Source: a virus (lineage: Duplodnaviria > Caudoviricetes). Taken from it: DNA of 34,276 nucleotides. Shown piece after piece: positions 5,895 to 14,458 of the stretch (the stretch's first letter is position 1; every line of letters begins with the position of its first letter). Position numbers and translations under genes: made by a program. The notes beneath the pieces are model-generated. The model saw only the letters and a list, made by a program, of their open reading frames with translations. It did no database searches and was not told where the DNA came from. The stretch covers positions 1 through 34,276 of IMG/VR virus record IMGVR_UViG_3300037440_000173. One strand, 5' to 3'.

Positions 5895-6464
5895 ATGAGC
5901 ACCATCGATCTACCGACATCCGAACCCGAGCACTCGCAGCGCAAGCCGCGCCGCTGGCCGTGGATCGTCGGCATCGTCGCCGCGCTCGTCGTCGGCGCCA
6001 CCATCGGAGCGGCCGGGCAGACCGAGCCGGAGGTCACCCAGGCCAGGATCGAGACCGTCGAGGTCGACAACCCGGACCTGCAGCGACAGATCGCCATGTT
6101 GGAGTCCCAGCTCGCCACGGCGGAGTCGAAGGTGGCCGAGCGGGATGAACTCGAGACCCGTGCGGCCGAGCTCGACGCGCTGGCCACAGAGTTGGAGGCT
6201 CGCGAAGAGGCGGTGGGAGCGGCCGAGGAGACCAAGGCCGCGAACACGATCCCCGGGCCTGGTATCTATGTCGTGGGCGAGGACATCAAGCCGGGCGAGT
6301 ACCGCACGACCGGCGACGACTGCTACTGGGCGCGCTTGTCGGGGCTTTCTGGCGAGTTGGATGACATCATCGTCAACGGGTTCGCTGACGGCCCGGCCGT
6401 GTTGACGATCGCCAAGTCTGATGTGGCGTTCGAGAACAGTTGCGGTGAGTGGGTGCGTCAGTGA
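5895..6464 (+). CDS. membrane-anchored coiled-coil protein with a C-terminal extracellular domain
   Basis: TM WPWIVGIVAALVVGATIGAAG, coiled coil, then IPGPGIYVVGEDIKPGEYRT..CYWARL...CGEW. Start reassigned to 5895. Confidence 0.8.
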   Translation: MSTIDLPTSEPEHSQRKPRRWPWIVGIVAALVVGATIGAAGQTEPEVTQARIETVEVDNPDLQRQIAMLESQLATAESKVAERDELETRAAELDALATELEAREEAVGAAEETKAANTIPGPGIYVVGEDIKPGEYRTTGDDCYWARLSGLSGELDDIIVNGFADGPAVLTIAKSDVAFENSCGEWVRQ

Positions 6465-6577
6465 CCGCCCCCACTCGCGGCCGGTACGCCGCGCCGTCCC
6501 GCCCGTTGCGTAAGTGGCTGCCGTATGCGGTGGCCGCGCTGGTGCTGTTCGCCGTGCTGGCATGGGCGGTGACGTGA
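6461..6577 (+). CDS. 38-aa membrane peptide
   Basis: Read by hand. GTGA and TGATG overlaps; WLPYAVAALVLFAVLAWAV. Confidence 0.55.
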   Translation: MTAPTRGRYAAPSRPLRKWLPYAVAALVLFAVLAWAVT

Positions 6578-6891
6578 TGACCTGGTGGATGTGGCTGCTG
6601 GCCTACGGCGCTGGCGCGATCGCGGCACTGCTCATCACGTCGTGGATCGCATGGACTGACGGTGAGGACCCGCTCGACGTGGGTTACGTCTACGGGGTGA
6701 CGGCGGCATGGCCGCTGGTCCTGGCCGGCATCATCGTCATCGCGCCGTTCGTCGGGCTGTTCGTCGGGGCGCGATGGATCACCAAGCCTCGCGCCGTGCG
6801 GCGCAAAGAGCGCGAGAAGAAAGCCGCCGAAGCTGAGACCAAGCGCAAGATTGAATTGGAGCGCCTGGAGCGAGAGGCCGGCCTGAAATGA
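6577..6891 (+). CDS. two-TM membrane protein with a charged tail
   Basis: ATG at 6577; two hydrophobic segments. Confidence 0.7.
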   Translation: MTWWMWLLAYGAGAIAALLITSWIAWTDGEDPLDVGYVYGVTAAWPLVLAGIIVIAPFVGLFVGARWITKPRAVRRKEREKKAAEAETKRKIELERLEREAGLK

Positions 6892-7019
6892 CCGACGACC
6901 GTGACCTGGTGACCCGGCTGCGGGAGTACCGGATGGATGTGGACTCCCCGGATGTGGTGGCCGAGGCGGCCGACGAGATCGAGCGGCTACGGGCGGCGCT
7001 CGATAGCAAGCAGACATAG
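6888..7019 (+). CDS. 43-aa phage hypothetical protein (DLVTRLRE...EAADEIERLR)
   Basis: Read by hand. ATGA overlap; the motif is common in small phage proteins. Confidence 0.65.
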   Translation: MTDDRDLVTRLREYRMDVDSPDVVAEAADEIERLRAALDSKQT

Positions 7020-7025
7020 CAATGC

Positions 7026-7054
7026 GCCCCCACCCCGGATGAGGGGGTGGGGGC
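7026..7054 (+). terminator. GC hairpin, possible terminator
   Basis: gcccccacccc / ggggtgggggc directly after a stop codon; no U-tract. Confidence 0.45.
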
Positions 7055-7079
7055 TGTACGGCCACACAACCTAGGAGGC

Positions 7080-7373
7080 ATGGCCGCGATGATGAGCGTA
7101 GAGGAATGCGGTGTGAGTTGGTGTCAGGTGAGCCAGCCGCACGACCGGCACGAGCAGGTGTTGGTGACGATCCACTGTCACCTGCTGGGCAGCAGCCAGC
7201 AGGGTCGGACGGTGCAGTTCGGTGTCACCGGGTTCGATGAGCTGACAGCGATGCCGGCGTTGACGGTGATCCGCCCGAACGGGTTGGCGCAGGAGTCGGT
7301 GGAGTTGTTCTGGGAGGATGCGTTGCGAATTGGGCCGCAGTTGGAGTCGGCGTGGGGTAGGTTCCGGCCATGA
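7080..7373 (+). CDS. hypothetical protein (C..WC...H..H)
   Basis: AGGAGG RBS before ATG 7080. Confidence 0.7.
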   Translation: MAAMMSVEECGVSWCQVSQPHDRHEQVLVTIHCHLLGSSQQGRTVQFGVTGFDELTAMPALTVIRPNGLAQESVELFWEDALRIGPQLESAWGRFRP

Positions 7374-8335
7374 CTGACCTGCCGGACCTGGTGGCGTGGC
7401 TGCGAGCGCAGATCGACGAGGACGAGCGGGTGGCGCGGAACGTCGACCCGCAAGGCTGGACGGAAGCGATCGAGGCCGGTCATTGGAACGAGCTCGACCC
7501 GACCGAGTACGCCCACATCGCCCGCCATGACCCGGCGCGGGTGCTGGCCGAGGTGGCGGCGAAGCGGGCGCTCATGCAGTTGGCGCAGGGCATGCTCGAA
7601 GAGGCTGACGTACAGGACCGGCACGCAGAGCTGAGCATCTACGAGGAGAGTGGCGAGTGCCAGCGCACCGATGCCACATATCTGCTGCGCCTGCTCGCCC
7701 AGCCGTACGCCGGGCGTGAAGGCTGGCGGGAGGAGTGGGCGACCGGCGGCGCCGCTTGGGGGGTGGCGTCGCCGGGCATGCGAAAGCGGCCCCGCTCCAT
7801 GAGAGGAGCGGGGCCGCTTTGTCGGCTACTTGCACTCGGGGCGGTCGCTGGTCTGCCCGGGCGGGTGGCACTGCGCACCCTGGTCCTGCGGTGCGTTGTT
7901 GCCCTGCCCGTTGCCCGCGCCGGGCCCGAACGACGGGTCGGCGGCGGCTACGGTGGCGCCGGAGCCGAGCACGATGAGGCTGAGCGCGGCGGCGGCGAAG
8001 AGGCGCTTCATGGTTTCACCTCCCCTCTTGCCGAGATGGGAAGGGGCGTCCCCCCGGCCGCGTGGGGGCCGGGGGGACTCGCCGCTGTGGGGGAACAGCG
8101 ACGCCTATGCGGGCACTGCGCCCATCTCACGGTTCACGTTCAACCGGAACACGAACGTGCGGTCCTTGTCGTCGCTGGTGCGGCGCGCCCGCAGTTGCGC
8201 GGTGTAGGTGAGCCCGCCGTCGAGGTCGTCCAGTTCGCCTTCGGCCCAGTCGATGGTGACGTTGGGGGAGGTGGCGGCGCCGGTGATGCCGGTGGTCTTC
8301 TCGATTGCCGCAGTGTCGCCGCGCCCGATGCGTAG
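7370..8335 (+). CDS. DUF6221-like protein; recognisable part ends near 7740 but the ORF has no stop until 8335
   Basis: LVAWLRAQIDEDE...HIARHDPARVLAEVAAKR...LRLLAQPYA..GWREEW. Confidence 0.7.
   Translation: MTDLPDLVAWLRAQIDEDERVARNVDPQGWTEAIEAGHWNELDPTEYAHIARHDPARVLAEVAAKRALMQLAQGMLEEADVQDRHAELSIYEESGECQRTDATYLLRLLAQPYAGREGWREEWATGGAAWGVASPGMRKRPRSMRGAGPLCRLLALGAVAGLPGRVALRTLVLRCVVALPVARAGPERRVGGGYGGAGAEHDEAERGGGEEALHGFTSPLAEMGRGVPPAAWGPGGLAAVGEQRRLCGHCAHLTVHVQPEHERAVLVVAGAARPQLRGVGEPAVEVVQFAFGPVDGDVGGGGGAGDAGGLLDCRSVAAPDA
7783..7820. terminator. bidirectional intrinsic terminator
   Basis: aaagcggccccgctcc-N6-ggagcggggccgcttt, lying between convergent operons. Confidence 0.8.
7826..8011 (-). 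CDS. small secreted peptide
   Basis: GGAGGT RBS; Sec signal MKRLFAAAALSLIVLGSGATVAAA; mature part is Gly/Asn/Gln-rich with 2 Cys. Confidence 0.7.
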   Translation of the reverse strand: MKRLFAAAALSLIVLGSGATVAAADPSFGPGAGNGQGNNAPQDQGAQCHPPGQTSDRPECK

Positions 8336-8446
8336 CCGCCAGGTGTAGCCGGTGGAGAAGTCGATCAGTATGCCGTTGGCGTACCAGTCGATCCCGATAG
8401 AGGGCAGCTCGTCGCCGATGGTGTAAGTGGGCGTGTCGTTGCTCAC
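8105..8446 (-). CDS. small beta-rich virion-like protein (BppU N-terminal-like)
   Basis: GTG at 8446 overlaps the upstream TAG; YTIGDELPSI...IDFSTG...VTIDWAEGELD..YTAQL. Confidence 0.6.
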   Translation of the reverse strand: MSNDTPTYTIGDELPSIGIDWYANGILIDFSTGYTWRLRIGRGDTAAIEKTTGITGAATSPNVTIDWAEGELDDLDGGLTYTAQLRARRTSDDKDRTFVFRLNVNREMGAVPA

Positions 8447-11400
8447 TACGTCTCCCGGTGGATCAGCGTCGCGGACTTGCGGTGGGTCAGTGTGGACTGC
8501 TGGCGGTAGACCAGCCGGAACGGGTACGGGTCGGCGGTGTCGCCACCGACGAGGACCGGCACGCCCGGCGTGACCTGTACGGTGACGGGCTGCGGTGTGA
8601 TCCCGGCCACGCCAGCCGCGACAGTGAGAGTGCCGGCAGTGACCGTAACAGTTGGGGCGTCGAACTCGACAGCGAGACCGACGGCCAGGACGCCGGGTGT
8701 CGCCGTGACGGTCACGGGCTCGGGCGTGATGTCCACGGCCCCGGTACTCATCGTCAGCGTGCCCGGGGTGGCGGTGACGGTCACGGCGTCGGGGAATACG
8801 ACGATGCCCTGGCCGACGGCGAGCGTCCCCGGTGTGACGTCGACGGTGGGGGCGGTGAGCGTCACCGACTGGTCGAGCGTGAGCGTCCCGGGTGTGGCCG
8901 TGATCGTGACGGGCTCGGGTGTGATTTCGACCGCGCCCTGGCCGATAGTCAGGCTGCCAGCGGTGGCGGTCACCGTGACCGGGTCGGGGGTGATGTCGAC
9001 CACACCGGTCGTGATCGTCAGGGCGCCCGGCGTGATGCTGACAGTGGGCGCGTCGAGCTCGACCGCCATGTCCAGGCTCAGGGTGCCGGCGGTCACTGTG
9101 ACGGTGACCGCGGCGGGGGTTATCTCCTGCGCGCCGGCGCCGGCATTGGCGACGGTCAGCGTGCCCGGCGTGACGTCGATGGTGGTGGCTTCGGGGGTGA
9201 TGTCTACCGCGCCCGTGGTGACAGTGACGGTGCCTGGTGTGACGCCGACCGTGGGCGCGTCCGGGGAGATGCTCTGCGCCACGCTGAGCGTGCCCGGCGT
9301 GGCCTGCACTGTGACAGCGCCCGGGGTGATGTTCGCGGCTCCTGGGGCAACAGTGAGCGTCCCAGGGGTGGCGTTGACGGTGACCGGGTCCGGCGTGATG
9401 GACAGGCCGGGCTCGCCGACCGTGAACTCGTAGGTGATGACCTCGGTCTCGTCGACCCCGTTGCTGTCGAGCTGCCAGCCGCGCATGGTGACCACCAGGT
9501 GGCTGCCCTGGTCGTCGACCTCGATGGTGGCGTACTGCTGATGTACTGGCCCAACAGGGTCCGGGACGAACCCCTCCGAGTAGGTGCCGGTCTTGAAACT
9601 GGTAGTGGAGTCGATCGGTGCCGCACACAGCAGCGGCGGGCCGGGGTCGGTCGTGCCGGTGTCGTACTGGGTGTTGGTGCCGTCGTCGATGGCCAGCATG
9701 TGCGCGTCGGCGTGCAGGATGACGACCCGGCCCTTGGCGAAGTCCTCGATCTTCTCGGCGATGGTGGCCCGGTTACCGGTGAACGCGCCCCAGTGGTCGG
9801 CCAGCGGGGCCGACCCGGCGATCCACGGCACCCCCACATACAGGAAGATCAGTTCCTCGGTGGCGTTCTCCAACAGATCCAGCAGCGCGGCGAGCTGTGC
9901 GGAGCCGAGGATGTCGTTGGTGGCCCTGGAGCTGCGGTGATCCAGGATGATCCACCGGGTACGCCCCCAGGCGAACGTGTAGCCGACAGGATCGGTGATG
10001 GCGGTGTCGACCAGCCACGCATCGGTGGGCACGGCGGTACGGAACAGCTCGACCGCAGCATCCCGGCCGGTGGCAGAGCCGTCCGAGACGCCGGTGTAGT
10101 CGTGGTCGTCCCATATCTGCATCACCGGCACCTGCTCGGACAGGCCAGCCAGTCGGGGGTTGTTGAACGTGTCCCGCAGCGCCAGCAGGTGCGCCGGAAT
10201 GTTGGCAAGGTTGTAGTCGCGGTAATTCCGGTCCCCGGCGAACAGGAAGAACGCCGGGTCGCGGTCGGCGATCCGGTCGTAGGCCGGCGAGTTCGACGTC
10301 TTGATCGACAGCGGGTAGCCGGTGGTGGTGGTGATGTTCCCGGCGTCGCCGGACATGGCCACGGTGAACGAGGCCTGCCCGGACGGCGCGGTGCGCAGCT
10401 CGCGCACCCCGCCGACGGTGACGTCGTCGACCTGCAGGCCGTAGAAGTAGTCGGTGCCGGCCGTCAGCCCGGTGGCTTCGAACGAGGTGAGCTCGAGCGA
10501 GTCCGGGGCCTGATAGGACGAGGTGAACACGGGCGTGGTGAGCCCTGCGTTGTCGGCCACCACGATCCGCACCAGGTCGGCGTTGCGCATCTGGCAGGAG
10601 ACCCGCGCCGTGGTGGTGCCGGCCATCACCTGGGTGGCCCACAGCACCATCGGGATCGGGTCTTCGGGGGTTCCTTCCACCGGGTTGCCCGAGCCATCAA
10701 GCAGGCCGGCCTGCCAGGCGATGCAGCGCACCCCGGAGCCGGACGCGACGGTGTTGGCGAACAGGCCAGCCTTCGAGCCGGTGGTGACCGTGGAGTTGGT
10801 GGCCGAGATGACCTCGGTGCCGTTGACTCGCACGCTGATTGTGGTGCCGAAGCAGCGCAGCTCGAACTCGTCGCCGGCGGCGTAGGTGTGGGACGCGGAG
10901 CTGCCGATCTGGGAGCCGAACGCGCCGTCGACGACCGGGAACAGCCGCACCTGGTTGTCCGCACGGCGCACCTGTAGGTAGTAGCAGGTCAGCGAGTCGG
11001 CCTCGCCGACCCTGCCGAACACGCCGAACCCGGTGCCCGCCGGCGAGCCGACCAGTTCGCCGAAGGTGGCCCGCACGTACATGTTGGCTGAGCCGAGGTC
11101 CGTTTCGCAGCGGGCGCTGCTGATGCTGCTGGAGGTGGCCGAGACCGAGTCGGTGGGGATGCCCGCGGCGGTGGTGAACCCGGCGCCGGCGTACGCTTCA
11201 CCGTCGCGGATGCGCCAACCCGCCTTTGACAGATCCACGGTCTGATTGGCGCCCTGCCGCCAGTGCCGCTTACCGTCCAGGGCGGTCGGGTTTCCCATCG
11301 TCGAGTCGGGGTACCCGGACCAGTCCTCGTAGACGTCGGCGGCTGCGGCTTCGGTGGCGACCGTGAGCGTGCCAGCGGTGGCGGTCACGGTCACCGGGTC

Positions 11401-11934
11401 GGGCGTGATGTCCTGTGCGGCAGTGCTGGTGAAGGGGGTGGCGACCGTGTCGTCGGAGGTGTCGACGCCGAACACGCACGATTGGTTCATCGAGCCGGAC
11501 GTGTTCGTGGCGAACACGCGGATGCGCAGCCGGTCACCCGATCCCCAGGTGCCCAGCCCCGGGTCGGTCCAGGTGTAGGTGCGGGTCGCCGCGCCTGCGG
11601 TCTGTGAACCTTCCGATGCCTGGACCTCGGTGCCGCCGGTGTCGCCGCCGGTGGCGCGGCGCAGGAACACCTGCACGCCGATGTTGGCGTTCTGGGTGCT
11701 GAACCGGATCACGACGGTGAACGTTCCGGTGCTGGTGCCGTCGGTGCCGGGGTCGCCGGACGGGGTGAAGAAGTTCTGGTTGCAGTTGACCCCGGCGTTC
11801 ATGTTGCCGGTGGACAAGCCCGCCGACACGCTGCCGGCAGTCTGCGATGCCACCAGGCTGCGGCTGGTGCCGCCCGAGCCGGACGGGCCGGTCAGATCCG
11901 AGGCGTCGGAACGCTGAAAGTAGGTGATCGCCAC
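8446..11934 (-). CDS. large putative virion/tail protein: N-terminal domain, lectin-like beta-sandwich, PhoD-like metallophosphoesterase, 13 Thr/Val-rich repeats
   Basis: GTG at 11934 next to the upstream stop. PhoD-type motifs LFAGDRNYRD, IWDDHDY, ILDHRSSR, DHWGAF and LHADAH, preceded by an FN3-like GLTAGTDYFY segment. Confidence 0.8.
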   Translation of the reverse strand: MAITYFQRSDASDLTGPSGSGGTSRSLVASQTAGSVSAGLSTGNMNAGVNCNQNFFTPSGDPGTDGTSTGTFTVVIRFSTQNANIGVQVFLRRATGGDTGGTEVQASEGSQTAGAATRTYTWTDPGLGTWGSGDRLRIRVFATNTSGSMNQSCVFGVDTSDDTVATPFTSTAAQDITPDPVTVTATAGTLTVATEAAAADVYEDWSGYPDSTMGNPTALDGKRHWRQGANQTVDLSKAGWRIRDGEAYAGAGFTTAAGIPTDSVSATSSSISSARCETDLGSANMYVRATFGELVGSPAGTGFGVFGRVGEADSLTCYYLQVRRADNQVRLFPVVDGAFGSQIGSSASHTYAAGDEFELRCFGTTISVRVNGTEVISATNSTVTTGSKAGLFANTVASGSGVRCIAWQAGLLDGSGNPVEGTPEDPIPMVLWATQVMAGTTTARVSCQMRNADLVRIVVADNAGLTTPVFTSSYQAPDSLELTSFEATGLTAGTDYFYGLQVDDVTVGGVRELRTAPSGQASFTVAMSGDAGNITTTTGYPLSIKTSNSPAYDRIADRDPAFFLFAGDRNYRDYNLANIPAHLLALRDTFNNPRLAGLSEQVPVMQIWDDHDYTGVSDGSATGRDAAVELFRTAVPTDAWLVDTAITDPVGYTFAWGRTRWIILDHRSSRATNDILGSAQLAALLDLLENATEELIFLYVGVPWIAGSAPLADHWGAFTGNRATIAEKIEDFAKGRVVILHADAHMLAIDDGTNTQYDTGTTDPGPPLLCAAPIDSTTSFKTGTYSEGFVPDPVGPVHQQYATIEVDDQGSHLVVTMRGWQLDSNGVDETEVITYEFTVGEPGLSITPDPVTVNATPGTLTVAPGAANITPGAVTVQATPGTLSVAQSISPDAPTVGVTPGTVTVTTGAVDITPEATTIDVTPGTLTVANAGAGAQEITPAAVTVTVTAGTLSLDMAVELDAPTVSITPGALTITTGVVDITPDPVTVTATAGSLTIGQGAVEITPEPVTITATPGTLTLDQSVTLTAPTVDVTPGTLAVGQGIVVFPDAVTVTATPGTLTMSTGAVDITPEPVTVTATPGVLAVGLAVEFDAPTVTVTAGTLTVAAGVAGITPQPVTVQVTPGVPVLVGGDTADPYPFRLVYRQQSTLTHRKSATLIHRET
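8555..9405 (-). repeat. 13 tandem ~20-26 aa coding repeats (ITPxPVTVTATPGTLTV)
   Basis: Counted in the translation; a 14th copy lies at about 11352-11412. Confidence 0.85.
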
Positions 11935-11935
11935 G

Positions 11936-12256
11936 TCAGTCACCGCCCTCCGGAAGCCACCAGCCAAGCTTGACCTGAGCATGGTCAAGATCCGGCATAT
12001 GGTGCGGGCGACGGAACTCGTGTCCCGGAACCGTGACCTCGATAATCTCCGGGTGGCCGACAACGCCCCCGCCGGCAACCCAGGCATCACCCTCCCGGTA
12101 CATCCAGTACACGCTCTGTCCCTGGATGCGGGACGTGTTGCCGGCGGCGTCGGTCACGTCCACATAGTCGACGCCGTCGCACCGCAGTGATGCCCACGCC
12201 TCGGGCTGCGCCGCGATCAGCGACCCGTTGACGTACCGGACTTCGACCCGAATCAC
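11936..12256 (-). CDS. hypothetical protein
   Basis: Clean ORF within the operon. Confidence 0.65.
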   Translation of the reverse strand: MIRVEVRYVNGSLIAAQPEAWASLRCDGVDYVDVTDAAGNTSRIQGQSVYWMYREGDAWVAGGGVVGHPEIIEVTVPGHEFRRPHHMPDLDHAQVKLGWWLPEGGD

Positions 12257-12270
12257 ATTCAGGTCGCCGC

Positions 12271-12690
12271 TCAGGCCAGCGTGACGAGCGTGTTCGATCC
12301 CCAGGTCGCTGTGATGTCGCCGCCGTTCGGGATGACCGGCAGTCCGGTGGACGCCGAGTCCCAGGTGATGATGAGCGGCGACGTGGCCGGGGTGCCGGAG
12401 TTCTTGAACACCGTCAGGTAGTCCGCAGCGTCACCGGTCACCGAGGAGAAGGTGACGGCGCCGGTCAGCGATACGACGCCGCCGGAGATGCCGGACACAC
12501 TGACGTCGTCGGTGGCGACCACGTCGGCCGCGTCCACCTCGTCGTAGTCGACGTTGGCGGCGGTGATGGTCCCCGAGTCGGTCTCATCCAGCAGGGACGC
12601 GTCAATGTTATCGGTGTCGAAGTCGACCACCGAGTGGGTCGGGCTGCCGAGCATCCCGTTCAGCCAGTCGGTATGAACGATGGTGGCGAT
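12271..12690 (-). CDS. small virion/tail-associated protein; start either ATC 12690 or ATG 12654
   Basis: VDFDTDNIDASLLD...VTFSSVTG...GLPVIPNGGDITATW pattern, seen next to phage tail-fibre genes. Confidence 0.7.
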   Translation of the reverse strand: MATIVHTDWLNGMLGSPTHSVVDFDTDNIDASLLDETDSGTITAANVDYDEVDAADVVATDDVSVSGISGGVVSLTGAVTFSSVTGDAADYLTVFKNSGTPATSPLIITWDSASTGLPVIPNGGDITATWGSNTLVTLA

Positions 12691-12708
12691 GGCTACTGCC
12701 CTCCAGGG

Positions 12709-13014
12709 TTACGGCAGCACAAGCTGCTGCGTGGGTGGTTTGGCAACGACGTTGACCTTCTCGAACCCGCCGCGGTCGGGCATGGCGAGCAGCCGTTCCC
12801 AGATTTCGGTCGACACGATGATGGTGCCCTCGGCGTCGAGCTGGAAGTGGTAGGTCTTGTACTCGTGGGGGTGGCCGCAGTGCCGGCAGGCGGGTCGCTG
12901 AGGGTGCGGCGCGAGAGGCCGGGACACGTCGCGCAGGATCACCAGCCGGTTCACGAAGTCCCCGTACGTCTGGCGGCGGTCCAGCGCGGGCTGGATGCGG
13001 ATCCCGTCAGCCAC
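12709..13014 (-). CDS. hypothetical protein with CxxC..H
   Basis: Overlaps the holin stop; ACRHCGHPHEYKTYH. Confidence 0.7.
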   Translation of the reverse strand: MADGIRIQPALDRRQTYGDFVNRLVILRDVSRPLAPHPQRPACRHCGHPHEYKTYHFQLDAEGTIIVSTEIWERLLAMPDRGGFEKVNVVAKPPTQQLVLP

Positions 13015-13249
13015 TGAGCGTCTCGGAGTTGGTCAGCGACGGCCCGTTGCCGGTGCCCGCCGATGCGAGAGAGGTCAGCACCGATACGGCGATGCCGCCG
13101 AGGAACATGCCGCCGACCTCGATCGGTTCGATCGTCCAAGCGTTCATGATGCCGTCGCCGATGCCCCAGCTGACGAGCACGAACTGCGCGCCGGTCTTGA
13201 CCGCCCGTTCGGCGGTGGCTTTCCAGAACGCCAAGGTTGCGATAGTCAT
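13007..13249 (-). CDS. holin (r1t-like)
   Basis: FWKATAERAVKTGAQ...SVLTSLASA; two TMs; downstream of the endolysin. Confidence 0.85.
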   Translation of the reverse strand: MTIATLAFWKATAERAVKTGAQFVLVSWGIGDGIMNAWTIEPIEVGGMFLGGIAVSVLTSLASAGTGNGPSLTNSETLSG

Positions 13250-13393
13250 CTAACGCCTCCAGAACACGAGCGGAACGCCGAACATCAGGTGCGCGGCGAT
13301 GAACGCGAGCCCCAGCACCACCAGGTCGATGGAGCCGATCGTCACGTCGAACAGGGCGAGCACGAAACACAGCAGGGCAAGTAGCGCTAACAT
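13250..13393 (-). CDS. 47-aa two-TM membrane protein (lysis accessory?)
   Basis: ATG at 13393 overlaps the upstream stop; almost entirely hydrophobic. Confidence 0.65.
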   Translation of the reverse strand: MLALLALLCFVLALFDVTIGSIDLVVLGLAFIAAHLMFGVPLVFWRR

Positions 13394-14058
13394 CACGGCT
13401 CCTCGGGTGCGGGACAGATCAGGTACGTGCCGGCGGTCAGGCCGATGAGCGTGGCCTGCGGGTCGGTGACGGTCCACTCGATGGGCTCAGCGTCGTCGGG
13501 GCAGGCCGGGCCGGGTGCTCCGTCAGCGCCTGCCGGCCCGGCGGGCCCAGCGGGTCCAGAAGGGCCGACGATGGACTCCCCCGGCTCACCCTGCGGCCCG
13601 GGCGCGCCAGGCTCTCCAGCAGGCCCCTGCGGCCCGGTGACGCTCTCCCCGGCCGGGCCTTGCGGGCCGGTGATGCTGGCGCCCGGCGGCCCGGGCGGGC
13701 CCTGGATTCCCATCGAGCCGGGGAAGCCTCGCGGGCCTTGCGGGCCGGGGACAGTGGAGTCCCTGCCGGGTGGCCCTGCCGGACCTGGTGGTCCGGGGAT
13801 CACTTCGGCCGGTCGAGACTCCACTTCCTGCGCCTGGCGGCACAGATCGCCGAGTTCGATAGCGGTCAGGCCGCGGCGATCACATGCGGCGCGGACCTGA
13901 GCGGCGATCGACGCGGCGTTGTCCTGCGCCAACTCTGCCGAGCGTTGCGAGGTGGACCGGTCGAACAGGATCCACCCGACCAGCAGCAACAGCAGGATGA
14001 GCAGGAGGATCGTGAGCCGGTGGCTGCGGCTGGTGGGCAGCGGGTTACGTCTGATCAT
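13393..14058 (-). CDS. membrane-anchored collagen-like (Gly-X-Y) protein
   Basis: N-terminal TM, long interrupted GPxGPx runs, Cys pairs flanking the collagen region. Confidence 0.85.
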   Translation of the reverse strand: MIRRNPLPTSRSHRLTILLLILLLLLVGWILFDRSTSQRSAELAQDNAASIAAQVRAACDRRGLTAIELGDLCRQAQEVESRPAEVIPGPPGPAGPPGRDSTVPGPQGPRGFPGSMGIQGPPGPPGASITGPQGPAGESVTGPQGPAGEPGAPGPQGEPGESIVGPSGPAGPAGPAGADGAPGPACPDDAEPIEWTVTDPQATLIGLTAGTYLICPAPEEP

Positions 14059-14440
14059 TGGTACCGCCCTCTACAGCGTCCCCACCGCCATTGATCATGC
14101 GCCGGTAGCGGGCGGCGGCGTCTTCGGCGGCCCACCTGGCTTGACGTTCGGCCTCCACGTCCTCGCGCAGGTCGATCACCTCGGCCCGCAGGACACCTAT
14201 CTGCGAGCGGAGATCCTGAATCTGCGCGTCATGGCGAACCGTGATGTCGCGGATCTCGCTGGAATGCTGCTCGCGTTCTTCCTTCAGTTCTGCGGTGTGC
14301 TGCTCGCGGAGACCGCGCAGCACCTGCTGATAGTCGCCGCGGTCGCCGGAGGCTTGGCGCATGAGATGGACGACCAGGAAGACCAGCAGCCCGAAGAATC
14401 CCGCGCCGGGGATGAGGGTGGACCACTCTGGAATCTCCAC
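14045..14440 (-). CDS. TM plus coiled-coil protein in the lysis cassette
   Basis: [16 protein letters not shown] followed by a heptad-rich region. Confidence 0.75.
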   Translation of the reverse strand: MEIPEWSTLIPGAGFFGLLVFLVVHLMRQASGDRGDYQQVLRGLREQHTAELKEEREQHSSEIRDITVRHDAQIQDLRSQIGVLRAEVIDLREDVEAERQARWAAEDAAARYRRMINGGGDAVEGGTNDQT

Positions 14441-14458
14441 GCATTTGCTCCCCCCCGC

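Noticed and set aside
9420-10660. Stand-alone phoD auxiliary metabolic gene
   Set aside because: The domain is fused inside a repeat-containing structural-type protein and has no Tat or Sec signal.
8458-10977. Long plus-strand ORFs opposite structural genes (also 16075..17679, 17283..18794, 21503..23419, 28342..30048, 30676..31887)
   Set aside because: These are antisense shadows typical of high-GC coding DNA, with no motifs or RBS; the minus-strand genes are clearly real.
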